NCBI GenBank assembly: GCA_040954595.2
Contig: CM082586.2
Location: 4,758,409 to 4,822,408 of the forward strand
Source: Balanoglossus misakiensis
Lineage: Eukaryota > Animalia > Hemichordata
DNA: 64,000 nt
Reading direction: 5' to 3'
This document shows, piece by piece, positions 26,209 through 40,100 of this stretch (the stretch's first letter is position 1; the number at the start of each line of letters is the position of its first letter). The notes under the pieces were generated by a model, which was given only the letters and a program-made list of their open reading frames with translations, did no database searches and was not told the DNA's origin. Both the position numbers and the translations under genes were made by a program.

Positions 26209-29200
26209 CCTCCAAAGGGGATAATTTGCTCGGCCCGGTGAGCAGCAAAAGGAGGAGGGCGCTGGTTCTCGTCCTCTCGCAGTCAGCCCTACATGACCTT
26301 ACAAAAACGTTCTTCTGCTGGTATCGAATCCACCAGGTCTAAAATCTCTGCAAAAAGCCATAATTGCAGCTGTAGTAAATTAATCATCCACTGAAATACA
26401 TTTTACCCATTTCTTTTCCGTAAACATTCAATGTTAAAAAAACCCATACCAACGGAAGTACAATGATGTAGGGTCACATAGGGGGTTATGCATGCGCCCT
26501 AGTATGTGTCTGTGTGTCCATCCGGTACTGGAATTCCCCGACTAGAAATGTAGATACTGAACAGAACGTTCCAAATCAACAACGTCTTTATGGACACATA
26601 TATCTGGTTTATTTTGACGGCGCAGTTAATGACTACACCTGTTGTGTGATTGGCGCACCTACCCAGAATGCTTTTAGCTTATTCAGCCCTGGCGAAATTG
26701 AATTACTTCAGCGATCCAGTCGCACGTAACCTGCATCCTGTAATTTGGAATTTAGTGCCGTAGCAAATCAATCAATTCACGTAAAAGGTTTCTGTGAATC
26801 CAGCTCGGACAACCGGCGAAGTCTTATGTAATTCACTAAAATGCACTCTTGATAAAGTGGCTTCTCGGCGCAGAATTAGGGTCTCCGCTGATCAAAGCAA
26901 AGGAGATGTACCGGCACTCACAAATTTGCGAAGCGTCAGGGCGAAGACCCCCCGCTGTAGTCATCACTTCGAACGAGAAACCACGCGCCATTCCCGACCG
27001 ACTTGGGGTGTCCGGTCCAGCATTAACTGAATCCATCCATCGTTTTAAAGCAACTCAGCAAACGGGGGAACGGGTTCATTTTGCGCATTTGCCTGAAAAA
27101 ATTGTCGGGGTCCGCTGCTCGCGTTTGAAGACTCTCTCTCTCAAATACGATTGGCCATGGTTAAATAATGGCATTTGACTCGTATCACGAAGCTAATATA
27201 GAAAGTATCCTATGTACAAAAATTCAAACATTTCCTTTGCTCTGTTTACAAGTACACCTTCAGGCTAAACAAATTTCCGCGCGTCACTTAGTCGCTTTTC
27301 TAGGAGTTGCACAGGTCTGTTCCAGTGAATGCTAATACGGATTTAACCTTTAATAATCTTTGCTAAAATATACCCGCCAAATAAAAAACACCTGTGAGGT
27401 ATACTGGATTTGGGGCAGCGTGTCCTCTGAAACGATTTCGGTGAATTCAGTGAAGCGATGTAAAACGCCGCTGTGCCGGCTTCTCTCAATGCACCACTCG
27501 ATATTATAGCCAGGCTTAACAAGGAAATGAAGACACGGCCTTTCGGAGAGGCAAACACGGTTACTGATTGAGCGCCGCCTGTCTCCGGGGGATTCGGGCG
27601 CTTGTTCGCCAGATTCTCCGGATCAGGCGCTCGAATTCGATTCGTGCCGTTTAACCTGGCGAGATGCAATTTGGCGCGAAGTGCCATTTACGGCGGGACA
27701 GGTCCACCGAGTGAAATCGCACCCCTTGTGTCCACCAATTGAGCTATCCACACGCATGGCAGAAAATGCAATCAAACCAAGATTACATTATTCTTGTTAA
27801 AAATGCGACACTTGGATAAACCGTCAGCCGCGGCTAGCAAACTCCCCAAAGGACGCGCCACTACTCTCGTTCCTGTGCAAGTACAGACTTCATATATCGC
27901 TTTCCCCCGTTCATATTTGTCGGCCAGAGATCAAAGATGGCTGCCCCCTTTACACCAGGCAATACCGTAAGAGACGACCTAAAGTAATTACGGAGCAGAC
28001 GATTAAATCATCCCGCCTTTTTCCTGACATAACACGGTTTGCTCCGCCAAAACTGAATTCCTCAATCGATAGCACGTGGATATTTATTTTGACTTCAATT
28101 TATTAACATATTTTAAATCAACTAAATTTCAGCGGAATGTTTGTTTATCATATTACCAATGTATACCGGCTGACATAAGTTCAGATAATTAGCTCAGAGT
28201 CGCCATTAATTCAATCAGAGAGGTACCTTCTGTTGATTAAACTTCATCATGCGTGAAAATAAACGACAGCCCTTTCGTTACATCACATTCTGAGGTATTT
28301 AACATCGATGACAAATTTCCAGTAATTACAACGGCCAGACATTCGTACCTTGTGGAATTTTAATGAACCGCGGTGTCAACGTACTGTGCAACTCCTAGAA
28401 GACCGAAATGCTAGACCATATGTGAAGAATAGCGAAAACACACTAGCAATTTGCATAAACCTACATCCAGTTCCATAGAAGCGAATTATTCGCGCGCCTT
28501 AGTACCAACTTTTTGCATAGATGAATAATTTGATGACGTAATTTATGTCACGGAAGTATTGACAAATTATAAGTTGGTGATAAGTCAAACTCACACCCGT
28601 AAATGAAGTGTGACATGACAGTAAAATCTTCGGAGAAAACGAGATCTGTTGAGACCTCGATGACCGATTTTTTTTTGCTCCAGATAATGGAGACCATCGC
28701 ACGATAGTCGGCAGACGCGGGAAAGTTGCGCGAAGGAGTTCGGCAACCCCTACAGCAGAGTCATCAAAACGACTGTAACAGGTGCATTGGCAAGCTATTA
28801 AATAATCATTACGGGGGAAAATTGCAGAATTCCTGTGTCATTCTCTCCGAAAGGTCAAACGTTGTCACTCGACATTTGACGAAGAGTCGCGGCATATTTT
28901 AATTTAATGAAAATTCCCTGCATGAGATAGTCGGCAGTGCGACAGCGATAACCGGTTCGAGGCGAGGTGAGGCACCGCTGGATTTGTGCCATATTCGCCG
29001 TCAAGTCTGTCGTGCGTCATATAGCGACGGTCGTAGCATTTTGGCGAGTATGGGGAAAACAACTGGAGTGCTATTTTTTTTTCAAAAATATCAGAAATCA
29101 TCGGATTTATCGAGGCACTAAATCTGCCAGAATATCGTGCCATGGTACTTTCGCTGTGGCAGTCACGTAAAACCGGGGCTTTTCAGATACCTTGCTCTTA

Positions 29201-29627
29201 ACAGAACTCGAGAATAATCTTTAAAAATCTGGGGAAAAACGCTTAACGCTTTGGTGAGCTTTTTGCCAAAATAGCTTTTAGTAAACGATGCTTTTTGAAA
29301 TGCCTGCTGGCTGGAACGACGATAGTATACGACCAGTTCAATATTTGTCAGCTTCGAGCTAGATTTCTTGCATGTTCCTTGTGTGTTGGTCTCAGTTGCC
29401 CCAGGGTTGTACTTGTGTCCACATCTGTATTCGAGCGTTAACGTAGGGCTGGAGAGTTTACAGTGTGAGCGGGAATTAGTCTTCTGTCATGCCACGTCAA
29501 AGTTAAAGATGGGCGTCTGTCGTCCCGTACTTGACCGGACAACGCCTGCAGCTAGCTAGCTAAGCACGGCGATGCTTAACTGAGGAGGGTTCGTATATGA
29601 TTGCGCGACTGATGATCTAATCGATAA

Positions 29628-29752
29628 ATAGAGAGAGAGGGGGGAAAAGAGACATGTAGGCTTGCAAGCAGGCAGGCAGACAGAGAGAGAGACAGCCAAC
29701 CAGACAGACAGAGAGAGACAGCCAACCAGACAGACAGACAGACAGACAGACA
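29628..29752. repeat. Compound purine-rich microsatellite (GA/GACA/GGCA)
   Basis: gagagagagg...ggcaggcagacagagagaga...cagacagacagacagacaga. Confidence 0.85.
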
Positions 29753-30307
29753 CTCTGCAATGCAACACGAGCACAAGAAGTACTTTGGCACTAAGAGAAG
29801 CGACAAAGGGACGAACAGGTGGCTGGTTGCCACACACAAGTCATGGTCATTGACACTGTCCCCGCTGTATCAATAATTAACGTTGAAGGAAACTATGGTG
29901 GATTGAAGTTCCTCAAGTCATGGATTTGTACTGTCTTCGCAGATGTTGCGGCGAGCTAACCCCCTTCATCAGAAAACTCATTGCCCGAGACATCTGCCAG
30001 AGACAGAAGCGCTATTTCTGAAAATACGATTTATATCATCAGGGCCATATCGTTGGGAGGTTGCCTTTTCAAGAAGCCGCCTGTATCTTGTCTTCATTAG
30101 GGTCTAACTACGTAACGAATGAGTGGTATCCCTCGTAAATTCCACGCTTTGTCACCTCGGATAAACTGAAGATTCGATAAAAACGCGTTCACGGAAACCC
30201 AGTTTTTCTATTTCGGTCAATGACACGGATTAATGTGAAATTGATAAATGTAAACTGCAATCGTGTGTATTAAGTGTATGTATATGCATGCACGTATGTA
30301 TGTAGGG

Positions 30308-30335
30308 GAGAGAGAGAGAGAGAGAGAGAGAGAGA
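30308..30335. repeat. (GA)n microsatellite
   Basis: About 14 perfect GA units. Confidence 0.95.
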
Positions 30336-31353
30336 ACAAGCCGGAGGCATTTAATTGTAATAGACAGTGGCATTCGGAGGCAATTGTTAACCGGTTTCCT
30401 GCAGAAGAGGGTTTGTCGGAATGCAAATATTACACATCTGATTTAATGCCGGTTTCCATACAGGCGATGTCGTCCGGCAGGGACCCAAAGAAAGCCACAT
30501 GCCGCGATTCTTAACGCAGCTTTATTGCACTGGCGTTGTATCCGATCTGAGTGGCACCTAACGGCAGTGACCATGGTTACTGGCGGGAAGTGGGCCTGTG
30601 TCCAATTTTGGATTCAGCGGCGCGCTCTGACCTCTCCCAAGGTTCGGTTTTCTGTGACATGTGTTGGCACTTAATCTGTTAGCGTTGTAAGATATTCTCC
30701 AGTATCGGTATCACGGAACACGGGTGTCGGTTCCAGACCGAGTCACACAATCGCCGGCATACCTCTCATTCGCGGCTTCTGTTGTTATGTAATGTGAGCC
30801 CAATAACGAAATATTAATTTGTTTTTGATCAGAGGTCAGTTCACGCCGAGGTCAGAGAATGGCGCAGGCTGAACTGCCCTTGACGTGGCTGTTCGAAGCG
30901 GGGCGATGGCACAATGAAAACTGTTTAGAATAAATCTGTTTAGAACAGCATAAAGTTTAACACGTCGAGGGTTTTGACACGGATGAAATGCCTTTTCAGA
31001 TGTTGACATATGTAAGCTCCTGAACTAGAAACAAACATTGCAGTCTGTGGAGTGAAGATCTTTGATGATCGACAGGCGCAACCACAAAAGATTACACTGG
31101 TTTGTGCAGCAAAGCCCTGCAAAGCCGTCTTGCGTTTTTATAAATATTTGTGTATGGCACACGTTGGCATGGGTAAACGGACTATAAACATTAAGTACGG
31201 GTTCCCAAAGTTAATTACTGTAAAGTAAGTGTTGTTTCACGATGTTTGAACTTTCGATCCTGCGATATTTCAGCCTGGCGATTCTCTGACTTCGTGTTTA
31301 GATCTAAATGCTGACGCAGCAGTTTAATGGCAATGTCGTTGCTCATGTATGAG

Positions 31354-31378
31354 TGTCTGTCTGTCTGTCTGTCTGTCT
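31354..31378. repeat. (TGTC)n microsatellite
   Basis: tgtctgtctgtctgtctgtctgtct. Confidence 0.9.
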
Positions 31379-34300
31379 CATACACGTATGCACATACATT
31401 TGGAAATTTCCTGCAATGTTTGATTGAAGGCAAATTTTAAGTGACGATACTTAATGATATCATAGATTTAAAGGTCCGTTTTTAATGGCACAAATTGTGG
31501 GCCACCCATGCACTATGACTTGCATGTAGAATGTAAACTACCAGATAATCGCGTGGTGGCAGAAAGCTAACTGTCCAACGACCTCCAGAAATCGTGCAGT
31601 CGGTTAAAGGCAAGGTCAGATGTTATTCATGACCCGTGACCCCCAGACTGCTACATACGTCATAGCAACTGTCAAGACCCACTAAAACGCACATTATTTA
31701 TGTACCAGACAACGCACAACCAACAATTAAACTCAATTTCACGTGTCTTCGATCAGCTGCACAGCTGTCGACTGTTAAACAGACGCAGACGACGGTGACG
31801 AAATGTGGGCCGCAGCGCGACTCGGCAACGTCGAGCGCGGGAGTGAAAACGCAATCTCCATGGAGACGGACGCTCGGGTTTGCGTCACACGCGGAATGAT
31901 GCATTATGACAAGTGCCAAAGTGAACGCCCTCGGACCCCCGGGGGTATACGCGGAACGTTTTATCCAGGATACACACAGTTAGTGGAAGTTGTCTTGCAG
32001 CAGTTCACAGAGTTCAGGATGAATGCATCAAACAGATGTCGGAAAAAGCAGGTCTGGCAATTATGAAATGATCTGTCATTTTCTATTTCCCTCATGATGT
32101 AAACATTCACATGTTGCTGTTAGTCTACTCGGACTAAAAAAAACTAAATTTTACGTAAATTCAGACATTTGATTTTCCACCTTTCTCACAATATTGGGGA
32201 TAAAATGAAAATGCAAGAAAACCTCAATATAGGCGTAATATACCTTACGTCATGTCAGGTTATAAGCAGATTGCAAAACTAACGAAGAGGACGTCTTAAA
32301 GCCTGTATATTAATCAAGGGCTCTCAGTAATCTGGACATTTGCCTCTGAGAATGTTGAAAGGAAGAAGGATGATTTAAACCAGACCCTTTCCATGTAACC
32401 AATTAATAAAATCCAAAAAGAACATGGGTCATCGAATTTCATTGAACATTAGCATTTTGAATATAATTGTATGTATGTATGGTTGTATGTCTGCCTTTAG
32501 TTTTTGCATATCTTTATTTTTAGTTCAAATTGACCATAATAAACATCCATACAAAATGGCGCCGATGATTGCCAAAGTCATTGATTCATTGCGTGGGTCG
32601 AGTTGGCATGGAACATTCAAGCACATCATGGTTCCGCTGTAATCAGTGCAGTCACCGTGCTCCACAAACAAGAATGATGACGTGTTTTTTTCCCAAGAAA
32701 ACTCAAACCTGTATTGCCCGTGGGTATAATCTCCAACTGCCGACTAACACATCTATAAGCTAATGTGACATTTGAAGTCCGATTTGTTTGGTTTCAACCT
32801 TTTTTTCTTCTTTTATTCTGGCATGACTTTCAATACTAATTAGTTTATAGGATATTAGTCGAGAAACTCCAGCTGGTTATAATCTAATTTCCCGCTCGCC
32901 CAATTCCGCTGATCACGAACATCATTTCATATCATGCTGTTTGGTCTGTACGTTAATACTGCATATCATTACAAGAAGTTGAATGTTAAACATTTACACG
33001 AGATTTGGAATTGTTGGCCTGATTGGAATGCTAATTACGTCGTTTGAATGATAATAGAAATCGTGTCTGCAGACATCTAAAACTATGTTTTAATTGCGTA
33101 ATTTTAGAAGAGTGATTCAACGTAATTCACAATTCAAACACACAAAATATATAGTGATTACAAATTCCACAGACTGAATTTAAATCTTACTCATTACTAT
33201 TCGTAAGAAGGTCATATCTGGCCGTTTGGCGCCATTTTGGTTTAGTATTTTCCACAGCAAGATGGCGTCCTATGAATATTCATGACTCACGTTGGCCTAC
33301 ATGGAGAACATCATTCTGAGGCACCATCGTGTTCTTGGGAATCGTGCCGTTCCATCCATCGGGTGTTGGGACGTATACTTGTGCGATGAAGTCTTGAAGA
33401 CGAGGGAAACCACACATGACAGCACATCTTGTTTAGTGCTGTCACGTGGCCTGAACAGCGGATCTGCTGACAAACGAGTGGTGACAAGTGTTTGACCCTG
33501 CCTGTTAATCACGTAACCTAATTTGCGTCGTTCCAGCGGATTAAATATTGCCACAACTATTCGAAACAACAGGTGCGTCGGTTTTTCACCGAAGTGATGC
33601 CGTAATTAATGAAAAATACAGTTTAGGGTCTAAGCATCGTGCAAATTGCATCAGATTTACTTTGGCGCGTGAAATTTGTGCGGGACATTTCATCGCGTCG
33701 GCTGTCTTCAATGCAAACACAGCGGCCATATTGAATCTACAAACGCAGCAACATCGACCGCTGTCAGGAGATCAGGCAATTTTGAAGAAGAAGAAAAAAA
33801 ACATAACAGTTACACATTACATATTAGCTGAATTACGATAGGGCACGCGTGCATCGTCGCGGCTAGGTTCTGTCGGCGGACAATGTTGCACGATCAGCAG
33901 ACGTGAAACCTGACCGGCTTTTGGCTTCAGACAGCTTCGCAGCTCACTGGCAGCCATGTCACGCAAAACCCATTGATAAGCGATCTTAAACCAGCCATAG
34001 AAATCTCTTTGTTACATTATGGGAGTTTCTATCACCTAAGCAGGAGTCAGGTATCGGATTGATATGCAGAGAAGGTTTGCCTATTACCTTTTGTGTGTCG
34101 GGGAAATGTTAAGTATTTTCTCGTGTATAACCTAATGTCAGAAATTAGCGCTATTTTTCTTGCGCATTTCTCGTAACCCCAGGGTACTTCGCTTCTTACG
34201 GCTCGCTGATTTTCATAGACTTCTACAACGTTTGCCGCGAGGCAGAAAACCGTAAGATTCCATTAAATCTAAAAATAGTCAAGACTATATATAGGGCAAC

Positions 34301-34894
34301 GGGTAATGGCTCAATTTGTCTATATTAAATGATCAAGGCTGCGTTAGGGTTGCCTTATTCAAACTTATAGGAATTATATCTCGGGGCATGAGGAATGTCT
34401 GTCATATTCTCTGTTACCGTTGCCGTGGAAACTGGATGTTTCCATTGCCAGGCAACGGCAATCCTATCTCCGACTTAGAATTAACAAGAGCAGGGTTTGT
34501 TTAACTCGGACCTATCGCTCACATACCTCTTTTGTAACGTGGCCAGCGCTGGAGCAGACACACCATCTTTGCAGTGCAAGCTCTCTAAAGCGCGGATTAT
34601 TGAAAATAATTTAGCAGGGTCAACTCTAACGTGGGCGATGTCTTCTGCACAATGAGCGTTTGCTTCTCCTGGGATTACTCATCAATAAGATCTTAGACGC
34701 AGAACGCGTGTTCCATGTTAAGTCATAAAGTATTACAAGATCAGAATGAATCATTGGGGTTTACCTTAATCACTAATCAATCAGTAAATCATCAATGCCC
34801 ACTATACTCGACTTCACATTGGATTTTTTTTGCTAATGCTTAAATTCCCTTAAGTAGTGTGTGTATATATTTTATATTTCAAAAAGAACCTGTA

Positions 34895-34947
34895 TCTCTC
34901 TCTCTCTCTCCCCACTCTCTCTCTCTCCCTCCCTCCCCCTCTCTCTC
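34895..34947. repeat. (TC)n / polypyrimidine tract
   Basis: 53 bp of almost pure C/T. Confidence 0.9.
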
Positions 34948-37060
34948 GCTTTGTGAATAGCCAGCAACAGCAGTGTCTGACAGCGTTGATGGAATAAATA
35001 TAAAATGTGTCAACTAATGGTGTCACATGATCGAGAATGAGCGCAATCGATACCATGAAACAATGACAGTAACCATGACAGCGATCAAATATTATGTCTT
35101 AATGCGAACATTTTGACGTTCTTTTGCAAAATGTGATGATGGCTGGCTTGTCTCGCGATGAATGTTTTGTGTTGAATTGATCCGCATTATTCTCGTGACA
35201 GACTTATTCACGGGAAAAGTACGACATGGTCCTGCTAGAAGCAAACTAGGCATATGCACAACCACGCCCCGCTATGCAAAGCTGAACGACGATAAATAAA
35301 GCGAAAAAAAGTGTGACTACTTCGATACAACACTCTCACGATGACTTGTTGCTGGAGTTCGTGGTCAGAGTCAACGCTTTAATTTGGGGGCACCGTGTAC
35401 CCTGTTTGGCTAGGAAGAGACTATATGCGTTGCGGTAGATTGCGTCACGCAAGTTAATGCGCTCAACACCAATATGCAATAAAAGTTTAAAGAGGAAGTA
35501 AACCCGAAGGCCTACGACATCATATGTCACACTGTGACATTTACGGTGATGGAATTATTCATAACCCCGGCAATATAGCGTCGCGTTTCCCCGTTCATTG
35601 AGGACGCCTAGAATTAAATCGAGACTCTCTCGGTAAAACGACATTGGCGCACTAGTAGTCATTTGCATATCTGAGGCCGGCTTTTTCATTTTGCGCGCCA
35701 TGATTTTTCTTCACTTTCCCGTGATGCGCTGAAATTGTCGGCGACAAAAGGTCATTTAAAATTCGACTCAGGTTATTAGTTTTCGTGAGAAAAAGAAATT
35801 ATACGTAGGCAGCAATTGTAGAAATATTGCTGCTGCTACTCGAAATGATTCTGGGTAATATAGTTGTCCGAAAATACATGAGTATAGGGACCACCCATAT
35901 ACACAGCAGCGGGAGTTCGTTTTTAATTAACCCCACTGGCACAGGCAGAAATTACAGGGAGATATGTCTAATTACTCGGGGTATCTTTAAATGATTTACG
36001 TTTCCAGGAATAGTTCGCCTGGTTCAGCTGCACAAATCCTAGAATGGTTTTATCTCTTTAAAAAAATGAGAAATTAATAGTTGGATGTTTGCTTGATATT
36101 TGAAATATTAAGCGATACATGCTTCTAAATGGAATATAATCGCCGCGGGGTATGGGATCCTCACGCGCGATGAATTATAGAGCTTTGTTTTGAAAACCAG
36201 TTGGTAACATCCGGGTGATTTGTCCTGATGAAAAGTACAGTGACGGGTCGCACGGATACTGGGTCCTGAAGAGTCTCCTTGTCGTGCGCAACAGCTGCGA
36301 AGAAAATTCCCAATGTCTCGATTTCACGGGATTTTTTATATATTTTGCTTGCATAAGAATCAGGATCGGTGGGCCTATTCATGATGGTAGGAAACGAGAT
36401 ACCCCATGGTCTGTCAGAGAATAGTGAAGAGAAAAAGCCGGTAATCTGAGTAGGCTTATATACGGCTTTCATACATAAACTCACAGAATCATAGTTACTA
36501 AATATCTATTATGTAGTCATGTAACAAAACACAACGCACTGCGTTATCTAAACAGCAGCAAAAAAGCAAAAATAACATGATGGCTGGTGCCCAATCTGGC
36601 TGTAGAGGGCGGGTTACACAATTCGGTTTTGGCCCAACCTAAAAGGAAATAACTGTATCAGCATTCTGAAAAGTAACTGAATGCGGTGGAAATTTTCAAG
36701 TAGTCAATTCCGCCGCACCAGTCATGATTTATCGCTTTCATATACATGCGTGTAACACTGAATTACTTGGACAAAAAAGCTTTTAGTGGAGTTGTCAGAT
36801 TTCATAGCATTCACTTTCACAGATTCTGCCTGTGAGTTTCAGTTTCAATTTTAATTTTAATACAGGAATCGTTGATGCCACTCTTTGGGTCAATATCCGA
36901 ATGTCGAGCAGCCCCCTCCCCCTAACACTCAATGGAAAGTGTTGGTGGACATGCGGGGGTCAGCGACTTTCACCATCTGGACAGGTGGAGATTGAAGGCG
37001 TTGTCAAGGACGATGCTGTGATGTCATGTTTTGCCCGAAAACACTAAACGATATTTTTCA

Positions 37061-37129
37061 CAGAAGAGAGAGAGACACACAGACGGACAGACAGGTAGAC
37101 AGACAGAAGGGAGTGAGAGACAGACAGAG
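37061..37129. repeat. GA/GACA-rich simple repeat
   Basis: cagaagagagagagacacacagacggacagacaggtagacagacag... Confidence 0.75.
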
Positions 37130-40100
37130 ATGATGTTTTGAATTTGAAATGTACACCTTGACATTTACACGACCTTCACGTAATCGCCACTGAGAAACAC
37201 CATTATGGTTTCCAGAAACATTTTTCCACGTCTTTGGCGTTCATGCTTGACGCACATCGGAACAACTTAAGTGGCATGTACTTAGTTTCGGGTCGTCATT
37301 ACGTGTAAATGGGGAGTAATCAGTCATCGCCACACGAGTAAAAGCATCGCTCGAAATTACTCCACGAATCACTCCTAATTACGGCTTTTCTTATAAAGAC
37401 ATATTGGACCCTGCTGGGAAAATAATGACCAGGTTTCTAAATTAAGTACGTGTTGCTAATGAGAAAAAAACTTGTCCTGGTGAATTATTTGTAATCAGCC
37501 CTCGAAATGGAAACGAGTAAGCATTATTACTACCCCCGAGACAAAGAACGAATCCTTGATGATTATGTGAAATTTATACCCGTAAATTATCGAAATATAT
37601 ATCATAATCATTACAAAAACAGTTTCGCGTGTAAGTCGATAAAATCCCAGATTGATAAATATTGTAATGAATTTTATTGCATATGGACTGCCTATTACTC
37701 GTATCTCATACGCACATGCGAAAATCAATGCTTTTCCTTATTCAAAAGTGTGATTATTGTTATAAATAGTGTAAATAATCTTTATCAAACAGAATGTTTG
37801 TTTTTGTTCTGTGCGTAATCTCAGTTTTGTCCTCCACCCTCTTTATGGAAATCCTCGGTAATAGATTGATCGCCACAACCCGTGTCTACACGACCAGCTT
37901 TGTCATCAGTGATAATTGAATTAAGTCTGGTCGAAAATGCAGCTGTCGATAAATAGTAATGCCCTCATATAGTCCGTGTTGACAAATGAAATACCGGTCG
38001 GTTCAACAATGTGTGGTCGATACACAGAAACAAATATTGCAAATATCAACATGATTAAATGTAAGACTGTTGTCTCTGGTAAAAAAATTTCCATCCCGAG
38101 CGTGTTTTTGCATACTCTCATAAGAAGACCGTTATAGATGGAATCTGGAAATTGTTTGATGTGATGATCTGATGGCTAAAAACAAATGGACATGAAGGCT
38201 TTGGCAGCTGCTCCACAAGAGCAATTTACGTTCCGTGCAATTTGTCCGCTGAAGGAAACTATATCGCTTGTCCAAATCACATCCCTTGATCGTCTGCCTT
38301 CTCCAAGACAGCAGCAGTATTTCTGAATGACGTTTAATGTCCAGTGGAATTGACTTCGTCGACGGGGATGAGGCAAGCATCCTATGAATACTTCATGTCT
38401 GTGAAAGTACGAAGGAACGAACAGGCTATTAAAGTACGTGTCGACTGGACGCATGTGGCGACCTTTCTAACTCGCTGAAAAATATAACATAAGCTCAATG
38501 AGCCATAAAGCTTCCCGTATGCAATCCCTTTCTGAGACTTGACCGAGATTTTAAATTGCACGATGTTCGTGCAGGTGGGCATTAACTATTACCCTATATA
38601 GTTATCTATCAGACTTTGTCGACTGTGGAGGCGATATCAAACGTAAAATTCCCTCTGTTGCTTTCATTTTCAAATAAAGAAGCACATAGTCCCAGGCGAA
38701 AACATCGCATTCCTATTTCCCACGTTTAGCATTTCTGTCGGTCACGCATGTTTTCCCGCCAAAACCTGTCATGTCATAAGGGTGTCGTGCCATCGCCATT
38801 GTGAGATGTGTTCTATTTTTATTATTGAGAAAGATGTAAACATTCCACTGTGTCATTTTGTATCTCTCGGGCGCATCAATATACTTACAGTGCTGAAACT
38901 TTACGAGGCTTTCGTGACCCCAAAGGTTGAAACAGAGGCATGATTTAACATTCTCGCTCGCCAACAAGTCTTAATCTCGCAAGTAGCATGGCCTCTCGTG
39001 AGATAAGCGAGAATCTGCAACTGAATTTGCCACCGTTGTGCAATTTTCGAGCCAGAATTTATAGGCGAGTTAGTATCCTGTCGTCTGATTTATATACCTA
39101 ATTGACAAAAGCGTTCTACGCTGATTCAGTAATGTATGAAGTCGACAGAACAAACAAATGGCGATAACATTCCCAGAGCAAGGTTTCAATCATGTTAATC
39201 TCGTGTAAGTTAACATGAACTACATGTATAAACGAAGGTGAACAGGCATGCAGTGTGTTATTCAAGCGGTCTTATTATAAATGTATCTTGAAAAATTATG
39301 GGTTTCGTTCGAAACGGATTGCTTCTCTGACTCTACGATGGATGGATGGTATGGATACGTTGAAGTCACCCGACATTTGAACTTCTGTGACGCCGTATGG
39401 TCGTCATGCAGCGTCGAAAATACGGTGCACAAACGTGGAAAACAGACTACAGGTATAGGTAACGATACAACCACGAATTAAACCGGATAAATAACAACAC
39501 TATACTTGTTTTTCTCTCCTTCTATTTCTCTTCCGAACCATCAAAACCCGAGGGAAGACAAGCGACCTTATTATCAATTCATATCCACTTTGCATCTGTA
39601 CCCGCGCAATTCTGACGAATCTCTGAACACGGTGCAGCGGTGTCCACCGGCCAGATCACGAACGTGAGAGACACTAAACGCGGGTAGAAAAAAAGGCTAC
39701 ATTGTGGAACAAAGGTCAATCTTTCGATTTGTTACCGCCAGGGTTCAGTAAATATGCAGTACTAGATCATGCCGCCTTGACAGGTTTGTTGTTTCGCTCT
39801 CAGCTCAGCGGCTGTCTATAGCAATACACAGCATAAACAACAAAACATGCACTAAAATATAACAGAATTGAAAGCCAACTACGAAAATAAATATCATTAA
39901 ATGATATAAAACATGAAAAAAATAAAGTGTATATCTTAATTCTTACAAGGCAATGTGGATCAGATTTGTAATCCCATGAGGCGTAATGACAATCTCCATC
40001 CGAGGAGAATTTAAGGTTGAGATTCTCCGCCTTGTTCTTGAATGGCATACACGGATCAGAATTTATTGCCTATAACGTCTATCCCGTCTTTTGCCACGAT

